Shown: positions 35,518 to 45,520 of the stretch, piece by piece
How positions within the stretch are numbered: the stretch's first letter is position 1
Layout of the letters: each line of letters starts with the position of its first letter
Assembly: GCA_035934535.1 (NCBI GenBank)
Contig: DASYXS010000165.1
Coordinates: 36 to 64,035 of the forward strand
From: a bacterium
Lineage (GTDB): Bacteria; Sysuimicrobiota; Sysuimicrobiia; Sysuimicrobiales; Segetimicrobiaceae
Direction: 5' to 3'
DNA length: 64,000 nucleotides
Notes under the pieces: model-generated
The model's database searches: none
Told to the model about the DNA's origin: nothing
The model's input: the letters and a program-made list of their open reading frames with translations, nothing else
Position numbers and translations under genes: made by a program

Positions 35518-38500
35518 ATGTCCGCCGCCGATTCGATTAGGCCTAATTCTATCCAGGGGGAAGCACCGATGGCGATGACGTCGGACAACCAGACATCGCA
35601 GCCGTCCATCACCGCGGAGGGTACCGCCCAGATTGCCGCGCCCGCGGAAGCGCGCCGTCCGGAGCCGGCCGCGCTCCCCTCGGACACCCTGGGGTTCTTC
35701 AAGGGGGACGAGCTTCGCGCCCGCGTCTTCCACGACAAGTATGCGCTGCGCGACCCGGACGGCCGCGTGCTGGAGCCCACCCCGGTCGAGATGTGGCGGC
35801 GGATCGCCGGCGGCCTCGCCTCGGTCGAGCCGACGGCGGAAGCCCGCGAGCGCTACGCCGGCGAGTTCTACTGGCTGATGGAGAACTTCCGCTTCATCCC
35901 CGGCGGCCGCATCATGCACGCGATCGGCAACAACAAGCGCGTGACCGCGCTCAACTGCTTCCCGGCCGGTACCAAGGTGGTGACCCGGGACGGCATCCTG
36001 CCGATCGAGTTGATCAAGCCGGGGCAGGAAGTGCTGACGCACAAGAACCGCTTCCGGCCGGTGACCCACGTTCTGTACCGTGACGTCGATGAACCGTTGC
36101 GGATGCTCAAGTTCTGGTACCTGAGCGACCAACCAATACGTGCCACCGGCAGTCATCCGTTCTGGGCCTACGACGGAACCAGAGTGGGCTGGGTCGAGGC
36201 CAAAGATCTCACGACTGACCACTACATTAAGGTGGGTCGGATCGCCGAAACGCTGCCATCGTGGGATCTTGAACTTCAGAACTTCGTAAGCGATGGGATC
36301 GAAGAAATGGCTGGCATGATGTATAAGACCGCCGCGCATGTCGCCGGGCACGGCGCGAGGCGCGTTAGTCGAAGCCTGCCGATTCGGAAAGCCATCTCAT
36401 TTGATGAGCGCTTCGGCCTGTGGCTGGGCTTTTTTATGGCTGAAGGCGGCGTGAATGACAATAACGTCTACTTTACCTTCAACAGAAATGAAGCATCGTA
36501 CGCGAAAACCGTTAGTAGTTTGACCCGCGAGCTCTTTGGTATCGACGCATCGATCGACTGGCGTGAGGGCCAACCCAGTAATTGGATCCGGGTATGGATT
36601 CACAGCAAGCTGCTGGTAGAGTTTGTTCGGTCATGGTGCGGTGGTGCTACTCACGTCCACAACAAGAAACTGCCGGCCTGGTTCCTTACCGCTCCGACAT
36701 CGGTTCAAAAGGCGTTCGTCGCGGGTTTGTTCAAAGGCGATGGCGTCATTGGTCGCAACTTCATAAAGATCTTTCTCGCCAATCCGGAGCTGGTGCGGCA
36801 GATCTTCCTTCTCCTGGTGCGTTTGGGGATCGCGCCATCGATTCGCTGGGAAGGCATACTCAAATACACGCGGCACCGCGGCATGTGGATCAACATCGGT
36901 ACCCGCCGGTACATCGGAGCGATCCGCGCGTGGCTCAACGGTGATTACTCGTACGACTCGGAGTTTGAGGAGAGCCATCGCAACTACTTCTACAAGGTTG
37001 TTGATGGCGATCTGTTTGTTAAGGTCAAGCGCGCAGATTGGACAGAACCTCGTCGCGAAACCGTGTACGATCTTACTGTCGACGATGATCACTCGTTCGT
37101 TGCCGAGTTCGTCAACGTCTCAAATTGTTACGTTCTTCCCATAAAAGAAGATTCCATCGAAGCGATCTTCGAGTGGACGAAGGAAGCGGCGCGCACCTAT
37201 TCGCTCGGCGGTGGCGTAGGTGGCGACATCAGCATCCTGCGGCCCGCGGGCGCGCCGGTGAACAACTCCGCGCGCTCCAGCACCGGTTCGGTCTCGTTCA
37301 TGGAGCTGATGTCGCTTACGACCGGCACGATCGGACAGAGCGGCCGGCGTGGCGCCTTGATGATCACGATCGCCGACGATCATCCGGACGTGCTCGCGTT
37401 TACCAAGATCAAGCGCAACATGGACAAGGTCCGCTACGCGAACATCAGCGTGCGCGTCAGCGACGCGTTCATGCGCGCCGTCGAGGCGGACCAGCCGTGG
37501 ACGCTCAAGTTCAAGAACGAGCGGGTGGGCGTCGAGAGAACGGTGCAGGCACGCGAGATCTGGCGTGAATTGATTTACGGCGCTACTCATCACGCGGAAC
37601 CCGGCATCATCTTCTGGGATTCCATCAAGCGGTGGAGCACGTCCGAGTACAACAACATGAATGTAATCACGACCAATCCGTGCAGTGAGATCCCTTTGGA
37701 ACCATATGGAGCGTGCTGTCTTGGTAACCTCGGGCTCCAAGAATTCGTGCTAGACGAGTTTAGCCCCCAGGCGCAGGTGGACTGGCCCCATCTGGAGCAT
37801 GCATTGCGGCTGGCGACCCGGTTCCTAGACGACGTCCTCACATACAACGCAGACAAACATCCCCTCCCCGCTCAACGGGAAGCCAGCCTCTACTCGCGGC
37901 GCATCGGGGTCGGTTTCACCGGCCTGGGGGATATGCTGTGCAAGTTGCGCCTCAAGTACGACACGAAGGAGGCGGTAGAGTTCGTCGACCGGACGTTCGA
38001 GCGGATCAAGAACATCGTGTACGATGAGAGCGTCAACCTCGCGATCGAGAAGGGGACGTTCCCAGGGTACGACCGGGAGCAGCATCTGGGGGGCGCTTTC
38101 CTCCAGACGCTCGCGCCTGAGGTCCTCGAGCGGATTCGGGAGCACGGTCTTCGCAACGTCGCGCTGCTCACCGTGCCGCCGGTCGGAAGCGGCGCGGCCC
38201 TTGCCGGCACCACGAGCGGCATCGAACCAATCTTCGACCTGGGGTACACGCGGCGGAGCGAGTCGCTCTCGCAGCAGAAGTTCACCGTCTACCACCCGCT
38301 CGTCCGGTCGTACATGGAGCGGTTCGGGGTTGAGGATGAGGACGCGCTGCCGGAGTTCTTCGTCACCGCGCATGAGATCCAGCCCGACATGCGCGTGCAG
38401 ATGCAGGCGGCGATTCAGAAGCACATCGACCACTCGATCTCCTCGACGGTCAACTGCGCCGCGGACACGACCGAGGAAGGTGTGGCTCAGATCTACTTCC

Positions 38501-39288
38501 TCGCCTGGAAGATGGGCTGCAAAGGCATCACAGTCTACCGTGAGAATTCGCGCGAGAACATCCTGACCGCCGGTGTTAAGAAGGACAAACCGGCGCAGGC
38601 CGCCTCGGACCAGGCGGTGCCGGCAGCGGCAGAGCCGTCCGCGGCGTCGGCCGTGCTCGGCGTGTCGCACGGCGCGGAGGAGTCCCGGCCCCAGACACGC
38701 GCGCGGCCCAAGGTCACGACCGGACGGACCGAGCGGATCGAGACGCCCCGCGGCCGGATCTACGTGACGATCAATGAGGACACCAAGGGCATCTGCGAGG
38801 TGTTCGTTCAGTCGCTCGACGTCGAAGCGGATGCGGTCGGCCGGCTCGCCTCGCTTGCGCTGCGGACCGGCGCGGATTCGCGCCACGTGATCGAGCAGCT
38901 GTGGCGCGTCCAGTCCCGCGAGGTCGCGATCGACCGGTCGAGTGACGGCACCGTGGTGCGCATCACCACGATCGCGCAGGGCGTCGCGCTGGCGCTCGGG
39001 CGGGCGCTCTACGGCCCCAGCTTCAGGCCGGACCAGGTGTTCCCGATGGCGGACAGGCTGCCCGCGCCGGCCCCGAAGAACGGTAACGGTCACGGAAACG
39101 GCCACGGCACCAACGGACACGACCAGCCGGCGACGGCCGTCGCGGCACCCGCGCCGGTCGCGACCGAGACCCGCGAAATTCAGGAGCCGCTGCTGACCTT
39201 CGCCGGCGTCTGTCCGGACTGCGGCGGATCGCTGGCCTTCGAAAACGGCTGCAGCCACTGCCGGAGCTGCGGATACTCGAAATGCTAG
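35518..39288 (+). CDS. nrdJ: adenosylcobalamin-dependent (class II) ribonucleotide reductase, intein-containing precursor
   Basis: The exteins carry FIPGGRIMHAIGN, ..ALN|C-YVLP, the finger loop TTNPCSEIPL, and a C-terminal CPDCG...CSHCRSCG zinc ribbon. A 390-aa intein interrupts the ORF. Confidence 0.9.
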   Translation: MSAADSIRPNSIQGEAPMAMTSDNQTSQPSITAEGTAQIAAPAEARRPEPAALPSDTLGFFKGDELRARVFHDKYALRDPDGRVLEPTPVEMWRRIAGGLASVEPTAEARERYAGEFYWLMENFRFIPGGRIMHAIGNNKRVTALNCFPAGTKVVTRDGILPIELIKPGQEVLTHKNRFRPVTHVLYRDVDEPLRMLKFWYLSDQPIRATGSHPFWAYDGTRVGWVEAKDLTTDHYIKVGRIAETLPSWDLELQNFVSDGIEEMAGMMYKTAAHVAGHGARRVSRSLPIRKAISFDERFGLWLGFFMAEGGVNDNNVYFTFNRNEASYAKTVSSLTRELFGIDASIDWREGQPSNWIRVWIHSKLLVEFVRSWCGGATHVHNKKLPAWFLTAPTSVQKAFVAGLFKGDGVIGRNFIKIFLANPELVRQIFLLLVRLGIAPSIRWEGILKYTRHRGMWINIGTRRYIGAIRAWLNGDYSYDSEFEESHRNYFYKVVDGDLFVKVKRADWTEPRRETVYDLTVDDDHSFVAEFVNVSNCYVLPIKEDSIEAIFEWTKEAARTYSLGGGVGGDISILRPAGAPVNNSARSSTGSVSFMELMSLTTGTIGQSGRRGALMITIADDHPDVLAFTKIKRNMDKVRYANISVRVSDAFMRAVEADQPWTLKFKNERVGVERTVQAREIWRELIYGATHHAEPGIIFWDSIKRWSTSEYNNMNVITTNPCSEIPLEPYGACCLGNLGLQEFVLDEFSPQAQVDWPHLEHALRLATRFLDDVLTYNADKHPLPAQREASLYSRRIGVGFTGLGDMLCKLRLKYDTKEAVEFVDRTFERIKNIVYDESVNLAIEKGTFPGYDREQHLGGAFLQTLAPEVLERIREHGLRNVALLTVPPVGSGAALAGTTSGIEPIFDLGYTRRSESLSQQKFTVYHPLVRSYMERFGVEDEDALPEFFVTAHEIQPDMRVQMQAAIQKHIDHSISSTVNCAADTTEEGVAQIYFLAWKMGCKGITVYRENSRENILTAGVKKDKPAQAASDQAVPAAAEPSAASAVLGVSHGAEESRPQTRARPKVTTGRTERIETPRGRIYVTINEDTKGICEVFVQSLDVEADAVGRLASLALRTGADSRHVIEQLWRVQSREVAIDRSSDGTVVRITTIAQGVALALGRALYGPSFRPDQVFPMADRLPAPAPKNGNGHGNGHGTNGHDQPATAVAAPAPVATETREIQEPLLTFAGVCPDCGGSLAFENGCSHCRSCGYSKC
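35956..37125 (+). mobile_element. intein with a LAGLIDADG homing-endonuclease domain (390 aa) in nrdJ
   Basis: Block A CFPAGTKVVT, block B ATGSHPFW, LAGLIDADG motifs LWLGFFMAEGG and FVAGLFKGDGV, block F VYDLTVDDDHSFVA, block G FVNVSN followed by +1 Cys (TGT 37126-37128). The segment is visibly more AT-rich than its flanks. Confidence 0.9.
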
Positions 39289-39479
39289 GGCGTGGCGCAA
39301 AATCGAGCGCTGATAAGGTCAAAGTGAGGGATACACATCGCAAGCATCAAGAGGTTTGAGCCTGGTCCTCGATTCTGTGGCCGACGCGGGACTAGGGTGA
39401 CCGTATTGTAAGCGGCAGACCACCAAGGTGTGAGAACGGCGTTGGACTAATGGCGCGTCAACGGAGGAGAACCTTTGGC

Positions 39480-40423
39480 CTAGCGGCCCTCAACAACTCC
39501 CATAAGGCGATTGCTCGGATACCATGACGCCGCGAACTGCCACCCCGACGCGTTGAAAAGCGCGACGTACTCGTCCTCCGTCCTCTCCCGCCCCGTCCCC
39601 CAGCACATCATGTGCAGGTCGAAGAGTTTCGCGAGATGCGGCGTCTCCGGCCCGGGGACGACGTGCTCGATTACGAAGACGCGGGCGTTCCGCGGCGCGG
39701 AGCGGCGGATATTCGAGAGGATCGCGACGCATTCATCGTCATTCCAATCGTGGAGAATCATCTTGAGAGTATAGGCGTCCGCGGTCGGGATGGCCTCGAA
39801 CATATCACCCGCCACGTACCCGCAGCGGTGTTCCAATCCCATCTTCGCGGCGAGCAGTTCAGCCGGATGCTCGACCACGGCAGGCAGATCGAGGACGATA
39901 CCCGTGAGATGCGGATATGCTCTGAGGAGCGCACAGAGCAGGTGTCCCTGCCCGCCGCCGATGTCACAGATCGTACGGATGGCGGCGAAATCGTACTCGC
40001 GCAACGCCTCGAGCGTCCACGCGGACTGCAGGGCTGAGGTACTGGTCATGCCGCGGTTGAAGGTGCGCCGGTAGCCATCGTTTTGCCGAGCGTACACGAA
40101 CGCGGGAACTCCAAACTCCCGAAGAAACGCATTCTGTTTCCCGTCTCGAATCAGGTCCTTCAGGTGCCGCCAGATCAGGTAGTGCTCGGTCCCGCCGTTG
40201 AGCAGCGCTCGATCCCGGAGGGATTGGGGATGCTCAGACCGCAACAGCGCGCCGGTTGGGGTGATTGCAAAACGGCGTGACCGGTCCTCGGCCAGAAGAC
40301 CGAGCGATGCGAGCCCGCGCAGCAGCCGGTACAGGAGGCCGGCGTGGCCGCCCCGGCATACAGCGCCTGGCTTCGCCAATGGGCGACCATCATCTCGTTC
40401 ACCTGATCGGCGGGAGTGCTCAT
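39480..40423 (-). pseudogene. class I SAM-dependent O-methyltransferase (Methyltransf_2 type), disrupted by an internal deletion/frameshift
   Basis: The N-terminus MSTPADQVNEMMVAHWRSQALYA is in one frame (from 40423). The remainder (GHAGLLYRLLRGLASLGLL...DIGGGQGH...) is in another frame (ORF 39480-40379). The ~27 aa normally between these segments are missing. Confidence 0.6.
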
Positions 40424-40609
40424 CTGCCTTGGCTCAGGACTCGTTTGACCTCGGCCACTGTCCCCGTCCCTCACTGGCCGCTGCACTTCAGTACGTCGGA
40501 CGGCCCGGCCCGGTATGCCAGACTACTATTCGACCTTCACACAAGCGTACTCTGCAAAGATTCGATTAATCGCGGTCTCGGCGGCTCTTAGAGTCACCTG
40601 GCCGGCCAT

Positions 40610-41119
40610 CTAAGAGAACGGTTGTCCAAAACGTTCGCGTGAGGCGACCTGGCCGAGCGGCTTGCGCTTCTTCTTTCCGCGCCCGCCGGGAGCGGCCGGA
40701 TAGCCGAACGGTACGATCGCCAGGAGGTCAAACTCGTCCGGCACGCCGAGCAGTGACTTGGCCTCGCTCATCCCGAGGAACCCGACCCAGTTCGAGCCGA
40801 CGCCCTCCGACCAGGCCGTCAGCATCATCGACTGCACCGCCCGGCTGCCGTCCGAGACGCCGAACCGCGACGCTTTTTCGATCGCGGCCGCGATTGCGAG
40901 CGGCGCCTGCGAGATGTACGGGCCGTAAGGAGACGCCGCCGCGAGCTTCAACAACATGTCGCGATCCTGCACCACGATGAAGTGCCACGGCTGCTTGTTC
41001 TGGCTGCTGCCGGTCAGCCGTCCCGCCTCGACGATCCGTTTCACGAGATCCGCCGGCACCGGCCTGTCTTTGTAACTACGGACGGCGAGGATCGTCCGGA
41101 CCGCTTCAACAACTTCCAA
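40610..41119 (-). CDS. nitroreductase family protein
   Basis: 169 aa. Contains RSYKDRPVP...GRLTGSSQNKQPWHFIVV, typical of FMN nitroreductases. Confidence 0.85.
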   Translation of the reverse strand: MEVVEAVRTILAVRSYKDRPVPADLVKRIVEAGRLTGSSQNKQPWHFIVVQDRDMLLKLAAASPYGPYISQAPLAIAAAIEKASRFGVSDGSRAVQSMMLTAWSEGVGSNWVGFLGMSEAKSLLGVPDEFDLLAIVPFGYPAAPGGRGKKKRKPLGQVASRERFGQPFS

Positions 41120-41249
41120 GTGACGCCTCCCGTGTCGTGCTGCGGGTTAGATAGATAGTGGATCGGGAGAGTGGGGCGCACCAAGTTCCGGAGTGAGGAC
41201 GCCCCGGGGAAGGCCGTTCAGGATTCTGATCGGCCTGATACGGGTGTCC

Positions 41250-42728
41250 TCATTCCTGCATGGGGTGCGTCATATCTTCGGCGCGCACCCACGCATCGAA
41301 CTGCTCCGCCGTCACATAGCCGAGGGCCAACGCGGCCTCACGCAGACTCGTGTTCTCGTGGTGCGCCTTGAGCGCGATCTTCGCGGCATTCTCGTAGCCG
41401 ATGTGGGGGCTCAGCGCCGTGACCAGCATCAAGGAGTCCGCGACGTGCTCGCGGATCCGCGCCTCGTTCGGGGCGATCCCGACCGCGCAGTGGATCGTGA
41501 ACGAGCGGCAGCCGTCGGCGAGCAGGGCAGCCGACTCGAGCACGTTGTGCAAAATGACGGGCTTGTAGACGTTCAGCTGAAAGTTGCCCTGCGAGTCGGC
41601 GAAGGCGACGGCGTGGTCGTTTCCGTACACCTGCACGCATACCATCGTGAGGGCTTCGGACTGCGTGGGATTGATCTTGCCCGGCATGATGGATGACCCC
41701 GGTTCGTTCTCGGGGATCAGCAACTCGCCGAGCCCCGCGCGCGGTCCGGAGGCGTGCCAGCGGACGTCGTTCGCGATCTTCATCAACGCCGCGGCCAGCG
41801 TACGGAGCGCCGCGCTCACGTTGAGCATCGCCTCGTGCGCCGAGAGCGCCGCGAACTTGTTCGGCGCCGACACGAACGGGCGGCCGGTCAGTTCGGCGAT
41901 CTTGCGCGCGGCGACCTCGCCGAAGCGCGCTGGTGCGTTGATGCCGGTGCCGACGGCGGTCCCGCCGATCGCCAGCTCGTAGACGCCGGGCAGCGTCCGG
42001 CGGATCGTCGCGATCGCGTCGTCGAGCTGCGCCGTCCAACCCGAGATCACCTGGCCGAGCGTCACCGGCGTGGCATCTTGAAGGTGGGTGCGGCCGATCA
42101 TCACGATCGAGGCGTAGGCGCGGGCCTTCTGGTCGAGGACGTCGCGCAGGCCGGCGACCGCGGGAAGCAGCACGTCCTCGACCTGTTCGGCGGTCGCGAT
42201 GTGCATCGCGGTCGGAAACGTGTCGTTCGACGACTGGCTGCGGTTGACGTCGTCGTTTGGGTGGATCGGCTTCTTCGAGCCGATCGTGCCGCCGGCGAGC
42301 TGGATCGCGCGGTTGGCGATGACCTCGTTGGCGTTCATGTTCGACTGCGTGCCGGAGCCGGTCTGGAAGACCACCAGCGGGAACTCGTCGTCGAGCGCGC
42401 CCGCGATGACGTCGTCCGCCGCGCGGGCGATCAGCTCGGCCTTGCCGGCCGGCAGCTGCCCGAGCTCGAGGTTCGCGAGGGCGCAGCCCTTTTTCAGAAT
42501 CCCGAGCGCGCGAATGACCGGCCGGCCCATCCTGAAGCGGTCGACGCCGATCGGAAAATTCTCGATCGAGCGCTGGGTCTGCGCGCCCCACAGACGCGAG
42601 GCCGGGACGCGCACCTCGCCCAGCGAGTCCTTCTCGATCCGGACGTCCGCGGCGGCGCCGTGAGTCTGCGCCTCAGCCACCGCGCGTCCCGCCGCCGTGC
42701 CTGCCCCCCGTGCGGAGCTCTCGCTCAT
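41250..42728 (-). CDS. fumC: class II fumarate hydratase
   Basis: Contains [11 protein letters not shown] and the signature [16 protein letters not shown], which is fumarase-type rather than aspartase-type. The N-terminal ~28 aa are non-conserved. Confidence 0.9.
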   Translation of the reverse strand: MSESSARGAGTAAGRAVAEAQTHGAAADVRIEKDSLGEVRVPASRLWGAQTQRSIENFPIGVDRFRMGRPVIRALGILKKGCALANLELGQLPAGKAELIARAADDVIAGALDDEFPLVVFQTGSGTQSNMNANEVIANRAIQLAGGTIGSKKPIHPNDDVNRSQSSNDTFPTAMHIATAEQVEDVLLPAVAGLRDVLDQKARAYASIVMIGRTHLQDATPVTLGQVISGWTAQLDDAIATIRRTLPGVYELAIGGTAVGTGINAPARFGEVAARKIAELTGRPFVSAPNKFAALSAHEAMLNVSAALRTLAAALMKIANDVRWHASGPRAGLGELLIPENEPGSSIMPGKINPTQSEALTMVCVQVYGNDHAVAFADSQGNFQLNVYKPVILHNVLESAALLADGCRSFTIHCAVGIAPNEARIREHVADSLMLVTALSPHIGYENAAKIALKAHHENTSLREAALALGYVTAEQFDAWVRAEDMTHPMQE

Positions 42729-43549
42729 CGTGCCAACCCCTCCTTGGGGCCGGTTCTAATTTCATGTTTGCCGGCCGCATGTCGGCCGGCGGTCAGATCC
42801 GACCCCGTGACTGCGGCCAGTACCATCAACGGCGCCGCGACCGCCCACATCGCCCACCGCTGCTCGGCGAAGCCGCCGATCAGCGCGCCGAGCAGGTACA
42901 CCGCCCACAGCCCCGTCATCAGCGGGGTTCCGCGCTCCGCCCCCTTCTGATGCGGGACCTCCGGCCGCCGCCGAGACGCGGCGTTCTCGGTCCCGGACGC
43001 CGCACCGGTCTGCCGACCCGGGGCGGCGCCGCGCGCCATCCAGCGGTCCAGTAGATCGCTCGCCGTGTCCGTCGCCAACGTCGTAAGCGTTCCCGTGACA
43101 TACGTCGTCGCCACGCGATGCTCGCCGACCCGCCGGACGGTCGCGCTCTGCATGCCCATCGCGGCGGACAGCAAGGCGATCAGCCAGTAGGCCGCCGGTT
43201 CGCCGATGCGCCCGCGCGGCGACCCGAAGAGCACCCACACGGCGATGGCGGCCGCCAGCACCACGGCCTCGACGCCGAGCCCGCGGGCGAGCCGGCCCGC
43301 GACCCGCGTGGCGGCCGTGCCGGCCCCGGCCCCGCAGACGAAGGCGGCAAGCGCAACAATATTGTGCATCGCGTCCGCCCAGGCTTCCCGCCCGACCGAG
43401 AGTCCGAGAAGAATCGTATTCCCCGTCATGTTCGCGGTAAAGAGGCCGAGCGTAAGGTAACCCACCGCATCGAGGCATCCGGCGGCACCCGCGAGCAGCA
43501 GCACGAGCCGCTTGCGTGGTGCCGCCGGCGCGCCGGGCGTCGTCGCCAT
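42725..43549 (-). CDS. DUF1275 (YoaK-like) membrane protein
   Basis: [29 protein letters not shown] motif and about 6 TM helices. Its stop overlaps the fumC start (ATGA). The last ~20 codons derive from a repeat copy. Confidence 0.7.
   Translation of the reverse strand: MATTPGAPAAPRKRLVLLLAGAAGCLDAVGYLTLGLFTANMTGNTILLGLSVGREAWADAMHNIVALAAFVCGAGAGTAATRVAGRLARGLGVEAVVLAAAIAVWVLFGSPRGRIGEPAAYWLIALLSAAMGMQSATVRRVGEHRVATTYVTGTLTTLATDTASDLLDRWMARGAAPGRQTGAASGTENAASRRRPEVPHQKGAERGTPLMTGLWAVYLLGALIGGFAEQRWAMWAVAAPLMVLAAVTGSDLTAGRHAAGKHEIRTGPKEGLAR
42751..42793 (+). repeat. palindromic repeat family copy E (43-nt short form), inside the 3' end of the DUF1275 gene
   Basis: CGGTTCTAATTTCATGTTTGCCGGCCGCATGTCGGCCGGCGGT is 33/43 identical, ungapped, to 53761-53803. 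It has a perfect 8-bp stem, GCCGGCCG/CGGCCGGC, with a 5-nt loop. Confidence 0.85.
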
Positions 43550-43613
43550 CCCGGCGCCTATTTCGCACGCCCCTCGGACGAGTCCTGGAGGCGGGAGGCG
43601 CGTCTCTGGCCTG

Positions 43614-43654
43614 CGCCGCAGGCTCAGAAGCCGGAGGTCTCTCAGCCTGCGGCG
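43614..43654. repeat. 15-bp inverted repeat (14/15 complementary, 11-nt spacer) in the DUF1275/phnD divergent spacer
   Basis: CGCCGCAGGCTCAGA (43614-43628) pairs with TCTCAGCCTGCGGCG (43640-43654). Confidence 0.8.
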
Positions 43655-43740
43655 TGAGCCAGTACACCCGGACGAGAGGAGAAGATTCTCCGCCGAAAGA
43701 ACCTGTGCGCGAATCGCCACCGTCTCGGGGGAGGAACACC

Positions 43741-44652
43741 ATGCGACTTCGCGTTACCGCTCTTGCGCTCGCCGCCGTTCTCGTGCTCGGCATCGCCGCG
43801 GCCGGCCCATCCTCGGTGCCCGCGCAGACCCGTCTGGTGATGGCGTTCGTTCCATCGGGCGAGGCGCGCACGATCCTCGAGTCCGGCAACCGCGTCTCGC
43901 ACCTGCTCGAGCTGGCGACGGGATATCAGTTTCAATCCGTCGTCGCGACGAGTTACGCGGGCGTCATCGAGGCGATGGGCGCGAATCGCGCCGACATCGG
44001 CTGGCTCAACACGTTCTCGTACGTGATCGCGCACCAGAAGTACGGCGTGGAGGTGCGCCTCGTCACGGTGCGGTTCGGGCTTCCCTACTATCGAGCGGAG
44101 ATCATCACCCAGGCCACTTCCGGCATCAACGGGCTGGCGGACCTGCGGGGGAAGCGGTTCGCCTTCGTCGATCCCGCCAGCACGTCGGGATATCTCTTCC
44201 CCGTCGCCGGCCTCAAGAAGGCCGGGTACGACCCGCAGAAGTTCTTCGGGCAGACTTTCTTCGCCGGCTCGCACAACAACGTGGTCCTCGCCGTGTACCA
44301 AGGCCGCGCGGATGCGGGGTCCGTGTTCGAAGACGCCCGCGGCACCGTGCAGAAGACCCTGCCGGACGTGATGCAGAAGGTCAAGGTGGTGTGGAAGTCC
44401 GACCCGATCCCGAACGACACCGTCAGTTTCCGGAAGGGGCTGCCCGAGGACGTCAAGGCGAAGGTCACGACCGCGCTGCTGCGGTTCTCGCAGACCCCCG
44501 CCGGCCTCGACGCGCTGAAGTCGCTGTATGAAATCGAGGCCCTCGCCGACTACAATCTGCTGGTGACGAAGTACAAGGTCAAGACCCCCACGCTCGATGC
44601 GTTCTTCGATCCGGTGCGCGACGTCCAACGGTTCGTGGGGCTGAACCCATAG
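43741..44652 (+). CDS. phnD: phosphonate/phosphite ABC transporter substrate-binding protein
   Basis: GGGGGAGG RBS, a signal peptide (MRLRVTALALAAVLVLG) and the PhnD-type motifs LVMAFVPSGE and YAGVIEAMGANRADIGWL. Confidence 0.85.
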   Translation: MRLRVTALALAAVLVLGIAAAGPSSVPAQTRLVMAFVPSGEARTILESGNRVSHLLELATGYQFQSVVATSYAGVIEAMGANRADIGWLNTFSYVIAHQKYGVEVRLVTVRFGLPYYRAEIITQATSGINGLADLRGKRFAFVDPASTSGYLFPVAGLKKAGYDPQKFFGQTFFAGSHNNVVLAVYQGRADAGSVFEDARGTVQKTLPDVMQKVKVVWKSDPIPNDTVSFRKGLPEDVKAKVTTALLRFSQTPAGLDALKSLYEIEALADYNLLVTKYKVKTPTLDAFFDPVRDVQRFVGLNP

Positions 44653-44660
44653 CGATCCGC

Positions 44661-44732
44661 GTTAATTTCATGGTGGCCGGCCGCTCGGGTTTCATGTTGG
44701 CCGGGAGCGGAGCGGACGGCAGGTCGGCCGGC
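44661..44732 (+). repeat. palindromic repeat family copy C (compound: short left half plus long variant), in the phnD-phnC spacer
   Basis: GTTAATTTCATGGTGGCCGGCCGCTCGG followed by GTTTCATGTTGGCCGGGAGCGGAGCGGACGGCAGGTCGGCCGGC. The 26-nt core is identical to copy B. Confidence 0.88.
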
Positions 44733-44749
44733 ATTCACGGGAGCATCCC

Positions 44750-45520
44750 GTGAGCGAGCCGATCCTCCGGGTAGAACACCTCAGCAAGGTCTACGAGGAC
44801 GGAACGCGGGCGCTCTCGGACGTCTCGTTCGAGGTCGCCCGCGGCGAGTTTCTCGTCATCATCGGGCTGTCCGGGTCCGGCAAGTCCACGCTGCTGCGGT
44901 GCATCAACCGGCTCGTCACGCCGACGTCCGGCCGCGTCTGGGTGGGCGGCCGCGACGTGACGGGCGCCTCGCGCGAGGAGTTGCGCGCGATCCGCCGCGG
45001 CATCGGCATGATCTTCCAGCAGTTCAATCTTGTGCGCCGCGCGTCCGTGTTGACGAACGTGCTGGCCGGCCGGCTCGGCTACGTGCCGCCCTCCTGGGCG
45101 CTCGCGAACTACTTCCCCGCGGACGCCGTCGGCCGGGCGATGCGGAACCTCGAGCGCGTCGGCATCGCGGATAAGGCGTTCGGGAGGGCGGCGGCGCTGT
45201 CCGGCGGACAGCAGCAGCGCGTCGGCATCGCGCGGGCGTTGATGCAGGAGCCGCGGCTGATCCTGGCGGACGAGCCCGTGGCGAGCCTCGATCCGGCGCT
45301 GTCGCATTCGATCCTGAACTATCTGGAGGAGCTCAACCGCAAAGACGGCATCACGATCCTCTGCTGCCTTCATTTCTTGAGCCTGGCGCGGCGGTACGGG
45401 ACCCGTATCCTTGCGCTCAAGGAAGGCCGCATTGTCTTCGAAGGCTGGCCCCACGATATCGACGAGACGCGCTTCCGCGAGATCTACGGCGAGCAGGCGC
45501 AGGAGGTCGAGATCCGGTGA
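44750..45520 (+). CDS. phnC: phosphonate ABC transporter ATP-binding protein
   Basis: Walker [10 protein letters not shown], signature [15 protein letters not shown] and Walker [13 protein letters not shown]. Confidence 0.88.
   Translation: MSEPILRVEHLSKVYEDGTRALSDVSFEVARGEFLVIIGLSGSGKSTLLRCINRLVTPTSGRVWVGGRDVTGASREELRAIRRGIGMIFQQFNLVRRASVLTNVLAGRLGYVPPSWALANYFPADAVGRAMRNLERVGIADKAFGRAAALSGGQQQRVGIARALMQEPRLILADEPVASLDPALSHSILNYLEELNRKDGITILCCLHFLSLARRYGTRILALKEGRIVFEGWPHDIDETRFREIYGEQAQEVEIR

Noticed and set aside
35400-35520. A search for a cobalamin riboswitch upstream of the B12-dependent nrdJ.
   Set aside because: nrdJ starts 4 nt after the nrdR stop, so there is no leader, and no B12-box-like sequence was seen. 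Regulation is more plausibly through NrdR.
41193-41696. Plus-strand ORFs overlapping fumC (41193-41696, 41754-42950).
   Set aside because: They are antisense to a gene with an unambiguous fumarase signature, and their composition is typical of shadow frames.
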